A stretch of 63,840 nt of DNA, counting the filler, from a bacterium (GTDB lineage: Bacteria > JALSQH01), in NCBI GenBank assembly GCA_026985515.1. It is 7 parts of 7 records of this genome, joined end to end, with 100 filler letters (N's around TTAATTAATTAA, not from the genome) between each part and the next. Parts side by side here need not be neighbours in the genome. Positions count along the whole stretch, not along the records: positions 49,530 to 55,325 come from JALSQH010000005.1; positions 55,426 to 61,205 come from JALSQH010000006.1; positions 61,306 to 63,840 come from JALSQH010000043.1; 4 more parts are not named here. One strand, 5' to 3'. The notes under the pieces were generated by a model. It had not been told where the DNA came from, did no database searches, and was given only the letters and a program-made list of their open reading frames with translations. Shown in pieces: positions 51,336-61,743 of the stretch (the stretch's first letter is position 1; each line of letters starts with the position of its first letter). A program made the position numbers and the translations under genes.

Positions 51336-52364
51336 ATGAATAGCAAACTCAGGAAAAAGGCAATTGAGGATCTTCTTCCTTTTATTGAGATAAGCAAGGC
51401 ACTTACATCAACTCTTAATCCCAGAGAAGTACTTGAAATCATTATGAAAGAAATAAGTGTACTATTTCAGCCAAAAACATGGTCTCTTCTTCTCATTGAT
51501 GAAGAAAAGGAGGAACTTCATTTTGAAATCGCCATCGGTCCCGAATCAGAAAAATTGAAAAAAATAAAACTAAAAATCGGGGAGGGAATTGCTGGATGGG
51601 TTGCAAAATATGGTGAACCTGTTATTACAAACAACCCTTATGAGGATGAAAGGTTCAATAAAAAAGTTGATGAAATGCTTAATTTTAAAACCCATTCCAT
51701 AATCGCTGTTCCCCTTAAAAGTAAAGGCAAAATACTGGGAGTGATAGAGCTGATAAATGAACTTGATGATGGGGAATTTACAAGAGAGGACCTGGTATTG
51801 CTTCAGACCTTCAGTGATTTTGCCGCAATTGCCATTGAGAATGCCAGATATGTGGAAAAGATAAAGGAACTTACCATTAAGGATGATGTTACGAAACTCT
51901 ACAATTCAAGGTACCTCCAGGAAGCACTTGATAAGGAAATAAGCAGGGCAAGGAGACATAACAGGAAACTTTCCCTTATTTTTATCGATATTGACCACTT
52001 TAAGAATGTCAATGACACATATGGTCACCTTGTGGGAAGCAAAGTGCTGGCAGAATTTGGAGATCTTATCCGCTCATCTTTACGGGAAATCGACATACCC
52101 ACAAGATATGGAGGCGATGAGTATGTGATCATTTTACCTGAAACTGACAAAGAGGGTGCAGTTAAGGTTGCTGAAAGATTGAGAAAAAAGCTGAAAGAAC
52201 ACACCTTTCTTGAAAAGGACGGTTATAACATAAAAATAACAGCGAGCTTTGGTATATCAACCTATCCTGATGATGCACTGGAAAAACTCGACCTGCTGAG
52301 ATTAGCAGACAACGCCATGTACAGGGTAAAAGAAACAAAAAGAGATGGAATTGCAACAGCGTAA
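51336..52364 (+). CDS. GAF-GGDEF diguanylate cyclase
   Basis: GAF (GEGIAGWVA...VPL...AAIAIENA), DIDHFKNVNDTYGH, I-site REID, RYGGDEY. Confidence 0.95.
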   Translation: MNSKLRKKAIEDLLPFIEISKALTSTLNPREVLEIIMKEISVLFQPKTWSLLLIDEEKEELHFEIAIGPESEKLKKIKLKIGEGIAGWVAKYGEPVITNNPYEDERFNKKVDEMLNFKTHSIIAVPLKSKGKILGVIELINELDDGEFTREDLVLLQTFSDFAAIAIENARYVEKIKELTIKDDVTKLYNSRYLQEALDKEISRARRHNRKLSLIFIDIDHFKNVNDTYGHLVGSKVLAEFGDLIRSSLREIDIPTRYGGDEYVIILPETDKEGAVKVAERLRKKLKEHTFLEKDGYNIKITASFGISTYPDDALEKLDLLRLADNAMYRVKETKRDGIATA

Positions 52365-52376
52365 GGGGGTGAAAAA

Positions 52377-53393
52377 ATGATCATAGTTCTGAAGCCAGAT
52401 GCCACGGAAGAACAGAAGGAAAAACTTAAAGAGAAAATAAAGGGACTGGGATTTGATATTCACGAATCAACCGGAAAGGAGAGGACTATAATCGGGGTAA
52501 TAGGGGGAAATGTCAACATTCTTATGGAGCTCGGAATTGAGACCTACCCAGGAGTGGAAAGGGTAATCAGAGTCCTTAAACCTTACAAGCTGGTGAGCAG
52601 GGATTTCCATCCAGAGGATACAATCATTGATGTAAATGGGGTTAAAATAGGTGGTGGCCATTTTGCAGTGATTGCCGGGCCATGCTCAGTTGAAAGTGAA
52701 AAACAGATTGTGGAAGTTGCAAAGGCTGTTAAGGAGGCAGGGGCTCACATGCTCCGTGGAGGAGCATTCAAGCCCAGGACATCTCCATACTCCTTCAGAG
52801 GCCTTGAGAAAGAGGGTATCAGACTCTTACTCCTCGCCAAGAAAGAGACAGGCCTTCCCATAGTAACAGAACTCATGGATCCAAGAGATATTGATCTCTT
52901 TGAAGAGGTGGATGTGATTCAGATTGGAACAAGAAATATGCAGAACTACAGATTGTTAACTGAGGTGGGGAAACTTGACAAGCCTGTCATTCTGAAAAGA
53001 GGTTACGCTGCAACAATCGAAGAATGGCTCCTTGCAGCTGAGTACATAGCTTCTGAAGGTAACAACAAAATAATACTTTGCGAAAGAGGAATAAGGACTT
53101 ACGAAACTGCGACACGTAACACAATGGACATCAGTGCCATTCCGTTAGTGAAACAGTTGAGTCATTTACCGGTGATCTCAGATCCTTCCCATGGCACAGG
53201 GAGATGGGATTTAGTGGAACCGATGGCTCTCGCCTCCGTTGCAGCAGGAGCTGACGGATTGATTATAGAAGTTCACAATAATCCCCAGGAAGCTCTCAGC
53301 GATGGACCACAGTCACTGAAACCCAAAAGATTCAGGGAGCTGATGGAAAAGGTCAGAAAAATAGCACCGGTAGTGGGCAGTGAACTGGTCTAA
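52377..53393 (+). CDS. aroF: DAHP synthase type I-beta with N-terminal regulatory domain
   Basis: [44 protein letters not shown]. Confidence 0.95.
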   Translation: MIIVLKPDATEEQKEKLKEKIKGLGFDIHESTGKERTIIGVIGGNVNILMELGIETYPGVERVIRVLKPYKLVSRDFHPEDTIIDVNGVKIGGGHFAVIAGPCSVESEKQIVEVAKAVKEAGAHMLRGGAFKPRTSPYSFRGLEKEGIRLLLLAKKETGLPIVTELMDPRDIDLFEEVDVIQIGTRNMQNYRLLTEVGKLDKPVILKRGYAATIEEWLLAAEYIASEGNNKIILCERGIRTYETATRNTMDISAIPLVKQLSHLPVISDPSHGTGRWDLVEPMALASVAAGADGLIIEVHNNPQEALSDGPQSLKPKRFRELMEKVRKIAPVVGSELV

Positions 53394-55120
53394 ATATCTC
53401 TGTAGGCATTGGTTATGGGCATTCTTCTATCCTTTCCAAAGGCTCTCACAGTTATTTTGATACCGGGGGCACCCTGCCTCCGCTTATATTCATTTCTGTC
53501 CACTGTCATTATGACTCTTTTCACAGTTTCCGGATCGAGACCCTCACCCACTATTTCCTCAAAACTCTTATCCTCCTCTATGTAGGCGACAAGAATCCTG
53601 TCAAGAACCTCGTAAGGAGGAAGTGTATCCTCATCCTTCTGATCAGGTCTCAATTCTGCAGATGGTGGCCTTTCTATAACACTCCTGGGAATAACTTCTC
53701 TTCCCTTACTCTCATTAACATACTCGGCAAGGGCATAAACTCTGGTTTTTAACACATCCTTCAGCACATTAAAACCCCCCACCATATCCCCGTAGAGGGT
53801 GCAGTAACCCATACTGAGCTCACTCTTATTACCAGTTGATAGCACAAGATATCCAAACTTGTTAGAAAGTGCCATTAAAATAATTCCTCTGATTCTGGCC
53901 TGAATATTCTCCTCAGTTATATCCCATCCCTTTCCCTTAAAGTATGGTTGCAGTTCACTCAGAAAAACATTGAACATATTTTCAATAGGAATTTCATAGA
54001 ATTCTATGCCCAGATTCTCTGCCAGTTTTTTTGCGTCAGACTTCGTACCGGTGGAGGTGAATCGAGATGGCATGGAAACTCCCACAACATTTTCTTTTCC
54101 CAGAGCATCAACAGCTATCACCGCCGTCAGGGAAGAATCTATACCACCACTCAGACCAATTATTACCTTTTTAAATCCATTTTTGTGGACATAATCCCTC
54201 ACTCCCGTAACAAGTGCCCTGTAAATCATACCGGTGGGACTTTCCTTTTTAAATGGCGCATTTTTAACAGGAGGTTTCTTCTCAACTTCAATATCATCAG
54301 CCCTGTATAGCTGTACAGACTCCTCTCCGTTAACACATATAATCTTTCTCCTGCGGGGGTCATGCAATCTTGCTCTGAAGATTTCTCCCACATTGATGTC
54401 AACGAGACCAAGATACTCGTCAAAGGCAGGCAACTCAAGGATGACCCTTCCTCTGGGATCAAAAACAAAACTGTTACCATCAAAAACCAGTTCATCCTGA
54501 CCACCTACAAGATTGGCATAGGCCAGATAAACTCCATAGTCACTTGCCCTTGTTGCGAGCATTCTCTTTCTCCTCTCCTCTTTGCCCACCTCATATGGAG
54601 AGGAGGAAATGTTAATCAGTAACTGTGCATTTCCGGCAAGAGCCTGGTCATAACCAGGACCATGAGGATACCATATATCCTCACATATATTTACTCCCAC
54701 TTTCACACCATTAAGAGAAAAAACCATGTTTTCTGTGCCACGTTTGAAGTAGCGATTCTCATCGAAAACACCATAATTGGGTAAAAAAACTTTGCGGTAT
54801 TTGTAAATTACTCTTCCATTCTGCGCCACTGCCGCAGCATTATAAATATCATCTCCATCGTAGTCAACAAAACCTATCACTGCCACGGCATGGCCGATCA
54901 GTTCCACTATTTCTTTAAGAGTGTCAAGATTTTTTCTGATGAAGTTGGGTTTCAGCAGAAGATCCTCAGGAGGATACCCGGTGACGGCAAGTTCAGGGAA
55001 TACAACTATATCAGCTCCCTTTTCTTTTGCCTCTTCATAATACTCCAGAATCAGGTCCCTGTTCTTTTCCAGATCACCAACAGTTGTATTGATCTGGGCA
55101 ATGGCAATTCTGAGCTTCAT
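53390..55120 (-). CDS. nadE: Glutamine-dependent NAD+ synthetase
   Basis: Nitrilase domain (FPEL, ICEDIW) plus GLSGGIDS, ENIQARIRG, PPSAEL, EYKRRQ. Confidence 0.96.
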   Translation of the reverse strand: MKLRIAIAQINTTVGDLEKNRDLILEYYEEAKEKGADIVVFPELAVTGYPPEDLLLKPNFIRKNLDTLKEIVELIGHAVAVIGFVDYDGDDIYNAAAVAQNGRVIYKYRKVFLPNYGVFDENRYFKRGTENMVFSLNGVKVGVNICEDIWYPHGPGYDQALAGNAQLLINISSSPYEVGKEERRKRMLATRASDYGVYLAYANLVGGQDELVFDGNSFVFDPRGRVILELPAFDEYLGLVDINVGEIFRARLHDPRRRKIICVNGEESVQLYRADDIEVEKKPPVKNAPFKKESPTGMIYRALVTGVRDYVHKNGFKKVIIGLSGGIDSSLTAVIAVDALGKENVVGVSMPSRFTSTGTKSDAKKLAENLGIEFYEIPIENMFNVFLSELQPYFKGKGWDITEENIQARIRGIILMALSNKFGYLVLSTGNKSELSMGYCTLYGDMVGGFNVLKDVLKTRVYALAEYVNESKGREVIPRSVIERPPSAELRPDQKDEDTLPPYEVLDRILVAYIEEDKSFEEIVGEGLDPETVKRVIMTVDRNEYKRRQGAPGIKITVRAFGKDRRMPITNAYRDI

Positions 55121-55325
55121 AACTCCTCCAGCAGAAAGGTTTCAAAAGTCTTGCTAATGGTCACAGTAAAGTTTCCATTACCTGTTCCAAAGTCGTTCAA
55201 CTTTTCCTCTCTTCCATTTATCCTATAAATTTTGAATGTTCCTTCCAAAGAAGTTGATAAATTTACCTTCACACCATTGAGTTGCAGGGGATTGTACAAT
55301 CTGACCACATAACCCCTGTGAAAAC
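55117..55325 (-). CDS. C-terminal fragment of unknown protein (possibly glycoside hydrolase C-terminal domain)
   Basis: Open from the gap: FHRGYVVRLYNP...FETFLLEEL*. Stop overlaps nadE start. VVRLYN resembles GH38 C-termini. Confidence 0.4.
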
Positions 55326-55425
55326 NNNNNNNNNNNNNNNNNNNNNNNNNNNNNNNNNNNNNNNNNNNNTTAATTAATTAANNNNNNNNNNNNNNNNNNN
55401 NNNNNNNNNNNNNNNNNNNNNNNNN

Positions 55426-55767
55426 AATCAGCAGTTCATTATGGAAAATCTTGCAGACATTATGATTGGAATCTTCGGTATGGATTCAGCTGTTGCAAGG
55501 GCTCTCCAGTATATTGAGAAAAATGGAGAGGATAAGTCCTTTATGCCTGTAGCCATGACGAAGGTTTATGTGTATGAAACTTTCCAGGATATAATTGCGA
55601 AGGCGAGACAGGTTCTTGTTGATACTGCTCAGGGTAACGAGAATGAAATTAAAAATTATCTTGACATGGTAAATAAGCTGTGGTGGTACTGGCCACTTGA
55701 CATCACTTCCACCAAGAATAAAATTGCAGAAGTGATTATTGGAAGAGAAGATTATTCTCTCGTCTAA
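55426..55767 (+). CDS. Acyl-CoA dehydrogenase C-terminal fragment
   Basis: Open from the gap: NQQFIMENLADIMIGIFGMDSAVARA, typical of long ACAD C-terminal extensions. Confidence 0.75.
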   Translation, partial: NQQFIMENLADIMIGIFGMDSAVARALQYIEKNGEDKSFMPVAMTKVYVYETFQDIIAKARQVLVDTAQGNENEIKNYLDMVNKLWWYWPLDITSTKNKIAEVIIGREDYSLV

Positions 55768-55784
55768 TACCCTCCCTGGTTAAC

Positions 55785-55820
55785 GGGGCTGAGCACTCTG
55801 TGCTTGGCCCCTTTTATTTT
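55785..55820 (+). terminator. Rho-independent terminator
   Basis: GGGGCTGAGCAC-TCT-GTGCTTGGCCCC followed by TTTTATTTT. Confidence 0.8.
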
Positions 55821-55850
55821 GTCTATCTCAGGAGAATTTTGAAGTGCAGT

Positions 55851-56546
55851 TTATCTCCTGAAAAGGGGAAATCTTTTCAGTCCAATTATAACATTGAGGG
55901 GAATGAGAATGTAATTGATGAGTACAATGAGGAGGGCAATTGCAAAACCTGCATAAAATGTCAATGAAGGTTGACCTTCAACATCAAAGAATGTTACATT
56001 TAACATCCTGTCATGTTTATACAGCGTATACAGACCGATACCCCAGATGACGAGAAAAGTTAAGAACTGAAGGTATACACCGAAAGCAAGGTATTTTCCG
56101 AATTTCAAAAGATAAAAGAAAAGTAGAAAGGTTCCAAAGAAGCCTCCAAGAGAAAGGATGTAACCCTGCAGGTTAATGATCCCTATGTTGTTGAATTTTT
56201 TTATGATGGGGAAGGTGCCAATCCATATGGCAAAGAGTGGTACAATGATAAGGAGTTTCAGATTAAATCCAAGGTCATCCTTTACCATCCCGGGGATTTT
56301 TTCAGCACGAAAGACCATGTCCAGGTTGGAATAGAAGTTAATTCCCACATCAATCCAGGGGAGGAAAAAGGAAATTATAAGTACCACAGCAGCAGCAATT
56401 GAAAATGTTGTAAGGTACTCAAACTGTTTCTCTTTCACATATCCGCAGGAGGGACAAACGTAGAATCCGTTTTTATCCCTGTATCCACATACGGGGCACT
56501 TATTCATTAAAAATTTGTCATTCTTTACTGACTTCATCTGTGCCAT
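55851..56546 (-). CDS. Zinc-ribbon-containing membrane protein
   Basis: CPVCG...CPSCG followed by several hydrophobic helices. Confidence 0.7.
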   Translation of the reverse strand: MAQMKSVKNDKFLMNKCPVCGYRDKNGFYVCPSCGYVKEKQFEYLTTFSIAAAVVLIISFFLPWIDVGINFYSNLDMVFRAEKIPGMVKDDLGFNLKLLIIVPLFAIWIGTFPIIKKFNNIGIINLQGYILSLGGFFGTFLLFFYLLKFGKYLAFGVYLQFLTFLVIWGIGLYTLYKHDRMLNVTFFDVEGQPSLTFYAGFAIALLIVLINYILIPLNVIIGLKRFPLFRR

Positions 56547-56600
56547 GCTAAAAGTATACCATTTTCATGAATGTAAGACAAAAAATTTACAATTCAGTTT

Positions 56601-56628
56601 TTGACTGATCTGAACATTCTGATAAAAT
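56601..56628 (+). promoter_or_regulatory. Putative promoter of lepA operon
   Basis: TTGACT-16bp-TAAAAT with TGn extension. Confidence 0.55.
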
Positions 56629-56657
56629 TGAAGTCTAAATTTCAGAAATCCATTACC

Positions 56658-58466
56658 ATGAGTGTAAGTTTGGATAGAATAAGAAATTTCTCCATAATTG
56701 CACATATTGATCACGGAAAGTCCACCCTGGCTGACAGAATGCTTGAATTAACAGGAACAGTGGATCCCCGTAAATTCAGGGAGCAGTATCTTGATAAACT
56801 TGACGTGGAGAGGGAGAAGGGCATCACTGTAAAAGCATCAACTGTGCGATTGAAGTACAGGAGCAGAGATGGTGAGGAATATATTTTCAATTTGATTGAT
56901 ACGCCCGGTCATGTTGATTTCAGTTATGAGGTTTCGAGATCACTTTCTGCGTGTGAGGGAGCTCTTCTACTGGTTGATGCAACTCAGGGTGTTGAGGCTC
57001 AGACACTGGCCAATGCATACCTGGCAATTGACAATGATCTGGAAATCATTCCTGTTATTAACAAGATTGATCTTCCCTCTGCCCATCCCGAAGAGGTAAA
57101 GCGGCAGATAGAAAATATAATTGGCCTTGATGCCAGTGAAGCTATCCTTGTGAGCGCAAAGGAAGGAACAGGTGTTGTTGATGTTATGGAGGCGATTGTG
57201 AAGAAAATTCCTCCACCTGTGGGTGACCCAGAAAAGCCCCTGAAGGTTCTGGTCATAGATAGCTGGTTTGATTCATACAGGGGTGTTGTGCTCCTTGTTC
57301 GTGTGTATGACGGGGTGGTAAAAAGGGGAGATAAAATAGTTCTGATGTCAACCGGTAAGAAGTATGAGGTTCAGGATGTGGGTATATTTGCACCAGATAT
57401 GGTGCCCACAGAGGAACTGGGTCCGGGGGAGGTTGGCTATCTCATTGCCAATATCAAAGTAATAGGTGATACAAGGGTTGGTGATACAATTACCCATGCT
57501 GATAGACCTGTTGCAGAGCCTCTTCCAGGTTTCAAAGAGGTGAAGCCCATGGTATTTTCCAGCCTGTACCCTTCGAAACCTGATGATTATCAATCACTTC
57601 GTGATGCCCTTGAAAAATTGAGCTTGAATGATGCTTCCCTTGTCTTTGAGCCGGAAAATAGTGTTGCTCTTGGACATGGTTTCAGGTGTGGTTTTCTCGG
57701 TTTGCTCCACATGGAAATTGTTCAGGAAAGGCTTGAGAGGGAGTTTGGAGTTGATCTTATAACCACTGCTCCATCAGTTATGTACTACGCAGTTACCACA
57801 AAAGGTGAGAGAATTCCTGTAAAGTCACCCAGGGATCTTCCACCTTCTGAAAAGATTGAGCATATTGAGGAACCATACATTGATGTTACGATTCATGTTC
57901 CGTCAAAGTATGTGGGACCGGTAATTCAATTATGTGAAGAACGCAGAGGTACACAAAAGAATCTCATGATTTCAGGTGATAGAGCCATAATTGAATATGA
58001 GATGCCCCTCAGTGAGGTAATATTTGATTTTTACGACAGGTTGAAATCCATAACCCGGGGATACGCCTCAATGGATTACCAGTTCAGCAAATATAAACCT
58101 TCACAGCTCATAAAGCTTGATATTCTTGTAAATGGGGAACCTGTTGATGCACTTTCCCTTATAGTCCACAGAGATCAGGCATACTACAAGGGAAGGGCTC
58201 TTCTCAAAAAGTTGAAAGAGCTAATTCCCAGGCAACTGTTTGAAGTTGTTCTTCAGGCGGCGATTGGAAAAAGGGTTATTGCCAGAGAAGTAATAAAACC
58301 ACTCAGAAAGGATGTACTTGCCAAGTGTTATGGTGGTGATGTGACCAGGAAGAGGAAATTGCTGGAGAAACAGAAAGAGGGTAAAAAGAGGATGAAAAAA
58401 ATAGGGAAAGTTGAAATACCTCAGGAAGCCTTTCTGGCTGTTTTTAAAATTGATAAAAAGGAGTGA
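56658..58466 (+). CDS. lepA: Elongation factor 4 (LepA)
   Basis: [49 protein letters not shown] 56658 preferred as start. Confidence 0.98.
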   Translation: MSVSLDRIRNFSIIAHIDHGKSTLADRMLELTGTVDPRKFREQYLDKLDVEREKGITVKASTVRLKYRSRDGEEYIFNLIDTPGHVDFSYEVSRSLSACEGALLLVDATQGVEAQTLANAYLAIDNDLEIIPVINKIDLPSAHPEEVKRQIENIIGLDASEAILVSAKEGTGVVDVMEAIVKKIPPPVGDPEKPLKVLVIDSWFDSYRGVVLLVRVYDGVVKRGDKIVLMSTGKKYEVQDVGIFAPDMVPTEELGPGEVGYLIANIKVIGDTRVGDTITHADRPVAEPLPGFKEVKPMVFSSLYPSKPDDYQSLRDALEKLSLNDASLVFEPENSVALGHGFRCGFLGLLHMEIVQERLEREFGVDLITTAPSVMYYAVTTKGERIPVKSPRDLPPSEKIEHIEEPYIDVTIHVPSKYVGPVIQLCEERRGTQKNLMISGDRAIIEYEMPLSEVIFDFYDRLKSITRGYASMDYQFSKYKPSQLIKLDILVNGEPVDALSLIVHRDQAYYKGRALLKKLKELIPRQLFEVVLQAAIGKRVIAREVIKPLRKDVLAKCYGGDVTRKRKLLEKQKEGKKRMKKIGKVEIPQEAFLAVFKIDKKE

Positions 58467-59177
58467 ATGGTGGCAGAAGAGAGGGAAGTACCTGAAAAGA
58501 GGGAAAAGAACAGATGGGTGAAGGAAATAGAGTCTCTGCTCTGGGCAATAATAATTGTTATCCTGCTCAGAACCTTTGTCATACAGGCTTACAAAATCCC
58601 TTCGGGATCAATGATTCCCACCCTTCTTGTTGGGGACCATCTGCTTGCAGCCAAATTCACCTATGGTTTAAAAATTCCATATGTTGATGTAAAATGTTGT
58701 GCATGGAGAAAACCAAAGAGAGGGGAAGTGGTAATTTTTGAGTTCCCACTGGATCCAAGCAAGGATTTTGTCAAACGAGTGGTTGGAATTGGGGGAGATA
58801 CAGTGGCAGTTAAAAATGGAGTTATTTATGTCAACGGTAAAAAGGTTCCCATCTGGCCCGTGGGAAGGTATGAGTATCGTGATGTAAATACGGGAGAAAT
58901 TGTAAGTGGCACACTTCTTAAGGAAAACCTGTTTGGACACATTCATTATGTGCTCTGGACAGATGGGTTTGAGGGAATGAGAAACTATGGACCATACAAA
59001 GTCCCTGAGGGTACTATTTTTGTTATGGGAGATAATAGAGATCACAGTAACGACAGTAGATTCTGGGGGCCAGTTCCTCTTGTAAAGGTAAAGGGTACCC
59101 CCCTTTTTATCTACTTTCCCTGGGATTCTGCAAATCACAGGATAAACTGGCATCGATTTTTTCATGTTATCAGGTGA
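58467..59177 (+). CDS. lepB: Signal peptidase I
   Basis: IPSGSMIPTL, FVKRVVG, GDNRDHSNDSRFWG. Confidence 0.97.
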   Translation: MVAEEREVPEKREKNRWVKEIESLLWAIIIVILLRTFVIQAYKIPSGSMIPTLLVGDHLLAAKFTYGLKIPYVDVKCCAWRKPKRGEVVIFEFPLDPSKDFVKRVVGIGGDTVAVKNGVIYVNGKKVPIWPVGRYEYRDVNTGEIVSGTLLKENLFGHIHYVLWTDGFEGMRNYGPYKVPEGTIFVMGDNRDHSNDSRFWGPVPLVKVKGTPLFIYFPWDSANHRINWHRFFHVIR

Positions 59178-59866
59178 ACATGGTGGAAATTATCAGAGGA
59201 GAGAATTTAACCAAGACTTTCAAATGGAAAAAAAGTGTTGTAACAGCGATAAAGAATGTTTACATAACTGTTGGAAAAGGTGAGACAGTGGGGTTGTGGG
59301 GACCATCAGGTGCAGGAAAAACCACCCTTCTCCATATTCTTGGCACACTGGAAAAACCTACATCGGGGAGATTGTACTTTATGGGAGAGGATATAACCGA
59401 TTTATCTGAGGAGAAACTTGCTCAAATCAGGAGGGAGAATATAGGTTTTGTCTTCCAATTTCATCACCTCCTTCCTGAATTATCTGCAATTGAAAATGTC
59501 ATGATACCACTTCTGTTGCAGGGAGTTGATGAGGATCTTGCAAGGGAGAGGGGTGAAGAACTGCTGAGGGAAGTGGGACTGGGGAAAAGATTGCATCACA
59601 GACCAGGTGAACTTTCTGGAGGAGAAAGACAGAGAGTTGCAGTGGTAAGGGCCTTAATAAGTGAACCAGCTTTAGTTCTTGCTGATGAACCCACTGGTGA
59701 TCTGGATAGCAGGACGGGTAACGAAGTTTTTTCCATTCTTCTGGGACTTAACAGGAAGAAAAATTCATCCCTGGTGATTGCCACCCATAATGAGAAACTT
59801 CTGGCAGATCTTGACAGAGTTGTGGAGATAATAGATGGTGAAATTGTTAAGGATAATACTGATTAA
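59174..59866 (+). CDS. lolD: Lipoprotein-releasing ABC transporter ATP-binding protein
   Basis: GPSGAGKTT, GFVFQFHHLL (LolD motif), LSGGERQR, ADEPTG. Confidence 0.85.
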   Translation: MNMVEIIRGENLTKTFKWKKSVVTAIKNVYITVGKGETVGLWGPSGAGKTTLLHILGTLEKPTSGRLYFMGEDITDLSEEKLAQIRRENIGFVFQFHHLLPELSAIENVMIPLLLQGVDEDLARERGEELLREVGLGKRLHHRPGELSGGERQRVAVVRALISEPALVLADEPTGDLDSRTGNEVFSILLGLNRKKNSSLVIATHNEKLLADLDRVVEIIDGEIVKDNTD

Positions 59867-61205
59867 TTTATTCGTTTACGGGTCACTCTATGCGGAGAGA
59901 ATAACTGCTGTGAAGATAATCGGTGATGAGAGTGCCATACCCCTTTCAGAAATATCCTCAACCACGGGGAGTGAGTTCAGCAGAGAAAAAGTTTACATGG
60001 ATCTGAGGAGGTTGTATTCCACAGGGAGATACAGTTATGTTGAAGCAGTGACAGAAAGCACAGAGGGAGGGATTGTTCTTATATACCGGGTTGTGAAACG
60101 ATGTATTATAAAAGAGATAAAAATCACAGGTAATTCTGCAATCGGGAAAAAGGACATAAAGGAGAAAATTTCCACACATTCAGGAGAACTTCTTGATGGG
60201 TATAAACTGTGGCAGGATGTGAAAAGCATAAAAAAACTTTACAGGGAAAAGGATCATCCACTTGTAGATGTGAGCTGGAGTGTTTTATCATATCCGGGTA
60301 GAAATACCTGCACAGTTGTTTTCAACATCAGAGAACTGAAAAACATCTATGTTTCAAGAATTATTTTCACAGGCAATAAACATTTTTCTGATGCCACCCT
60401 CTTAAAAGTTATCTCCACATCTCCGAGGGGACCCATGAGCTGGCTCCTTTCAACGGGAATCTTTGATTATGAAAGATTGAAGGAAGACAGGAACAGACTT
60501 GCAGAATTTTATATGGATAATGGATACATTGATGTAAGTGTGAGTGACCCCATAATTCTCATGTCCCCTTCCAAGAAGTTTGTGGATGTGGTCTTTGAAA
60601 TAAGAGAAGGTGCTCAATACAGGGTTGGAAACATAACTGTTACTGGAGATCTTATCTTTGACCGACTTGATCTAATAAGAAACATGAAATTGAAAGAAGG
60701 GGATATCTTCAGCAGGAAAAAGCTATCAATGGATATTTACTCAATAATTGAAAAGTACAAGAATGTTGGTTACTTTTTTGCACAGGTCACCCCGGTACCG
60801 GTTGTGGATAGAAAGAACAGAATTGTCAATCTTGAGATACACATTGTAAAGGGAGAGCCAGTTTTTATAAGGTACATAAACATTGTGGGGAACAACAAGA
60901 CCCGGGATAAGGTAATAAGGAGACAGCTCCTCATAAGAGAAGGAGAGCTTTTCAATGGAGATAAGTTACGGGAAAGTAGAGAGAGGATTTTTGCACTTGG
61001 TTATTTTGATGAGGTAAATATAAGAGTGGAAACTGTTGAGGGTTTCAGGAATCTTGTTGACATAGTCATAGAGGTGAAGGAGAGGCCCACCGGAACGGCA
61101 AGTGCCGGGATAGCATACAGTTCCATTGACAAGCTTGTTGGTACAGTTCAGTTATCTTTTGGAAATTTCAGGGGAATGGGGCAGAAGTTGACCCTTATGG
61201 CTGAG
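59835..61205 (+). CDS. bamA: Outer-membrane protein assembly factor BamA (POTRA region; 3'-truncated)
   Basis: POTRA repeats, GNNKTRDKVIRR, LGYFDEV, VKERPTG. Confidence 0.93.
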
Positions 61206-61307
61206 NNNNNNNNNNNNNNNNNNNNNNNNNNNNNNNNNNNNNNNNNNNNTTAATTAATTAANNNNNNNNNNNNNNNNNNNNNNNNNNNNNNNNNNNNNNN
61301 NNNNNAA

Positions 61308-61679
61308 AATCCAGTCTACAGTTTCTTAATCGAGGTGGAGTACCCCGGATATACCACCCCTGCAACAGAAGTTGCAATGTTTTATCCCTCAGACACCACG
61401 CATTTTTCTGGAAAATATAACCTTAATGGAACGCCCCTTCCCCTTACTCCTACCCCTCCTGATTGCATTTATCACACTGATTCATTCTCATACTACCCCT
61501 ACTGGCAATCCCCATCATTTAACGGAACACTCCTACTGAATGTGAAAAATCTCTTTGGAAACTCCTGTGAAAATGATCCTGAAGGATGGGGAGAAGCTGA
61601 TAATTACACGTTAAACAAAGTGATAAATGGTCTTGGGGATTACCTCAATCTTGAAAACACAATTAATACTCCTGAATAA
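61308..61679 (+). CDS. C-terminal fragment of hypothetical protein
   Basis: Frame open from the gap; no recognised motif. Confidence 0.45.
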   Translation, partial: NPVYSFLIEVEYPGYTTPATEVAMFYPSDTTHFSGKYNLNGTPLPLTPTPPDCIYHTDSFSYYPYWQSPSFNGTLLLNVKNLFGNSCENDPEGWGEADNYTLNKVINGLGDYLNLENTINTPE

Positions 61680-61743
61680 GTAACTTTCTTGAACACATGG
61701 TTCAACTCTGATAATCTAAAATTATCCTGTACGGGAGGTGATT

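Noticed and set aside
56601-56657. N-terminal extension of LepA from TTG 56601
   Set aside because: That TTG is part of a -35 box; homology begins after ATG 56658.
21686-61305. Six identical TTAATTAATTAA palindromes flanked by N runs
   Set aside because: Artificial six-frame-stop assembly spacers, not biological repeats. ORFs ending in X...LIN are artefacts.
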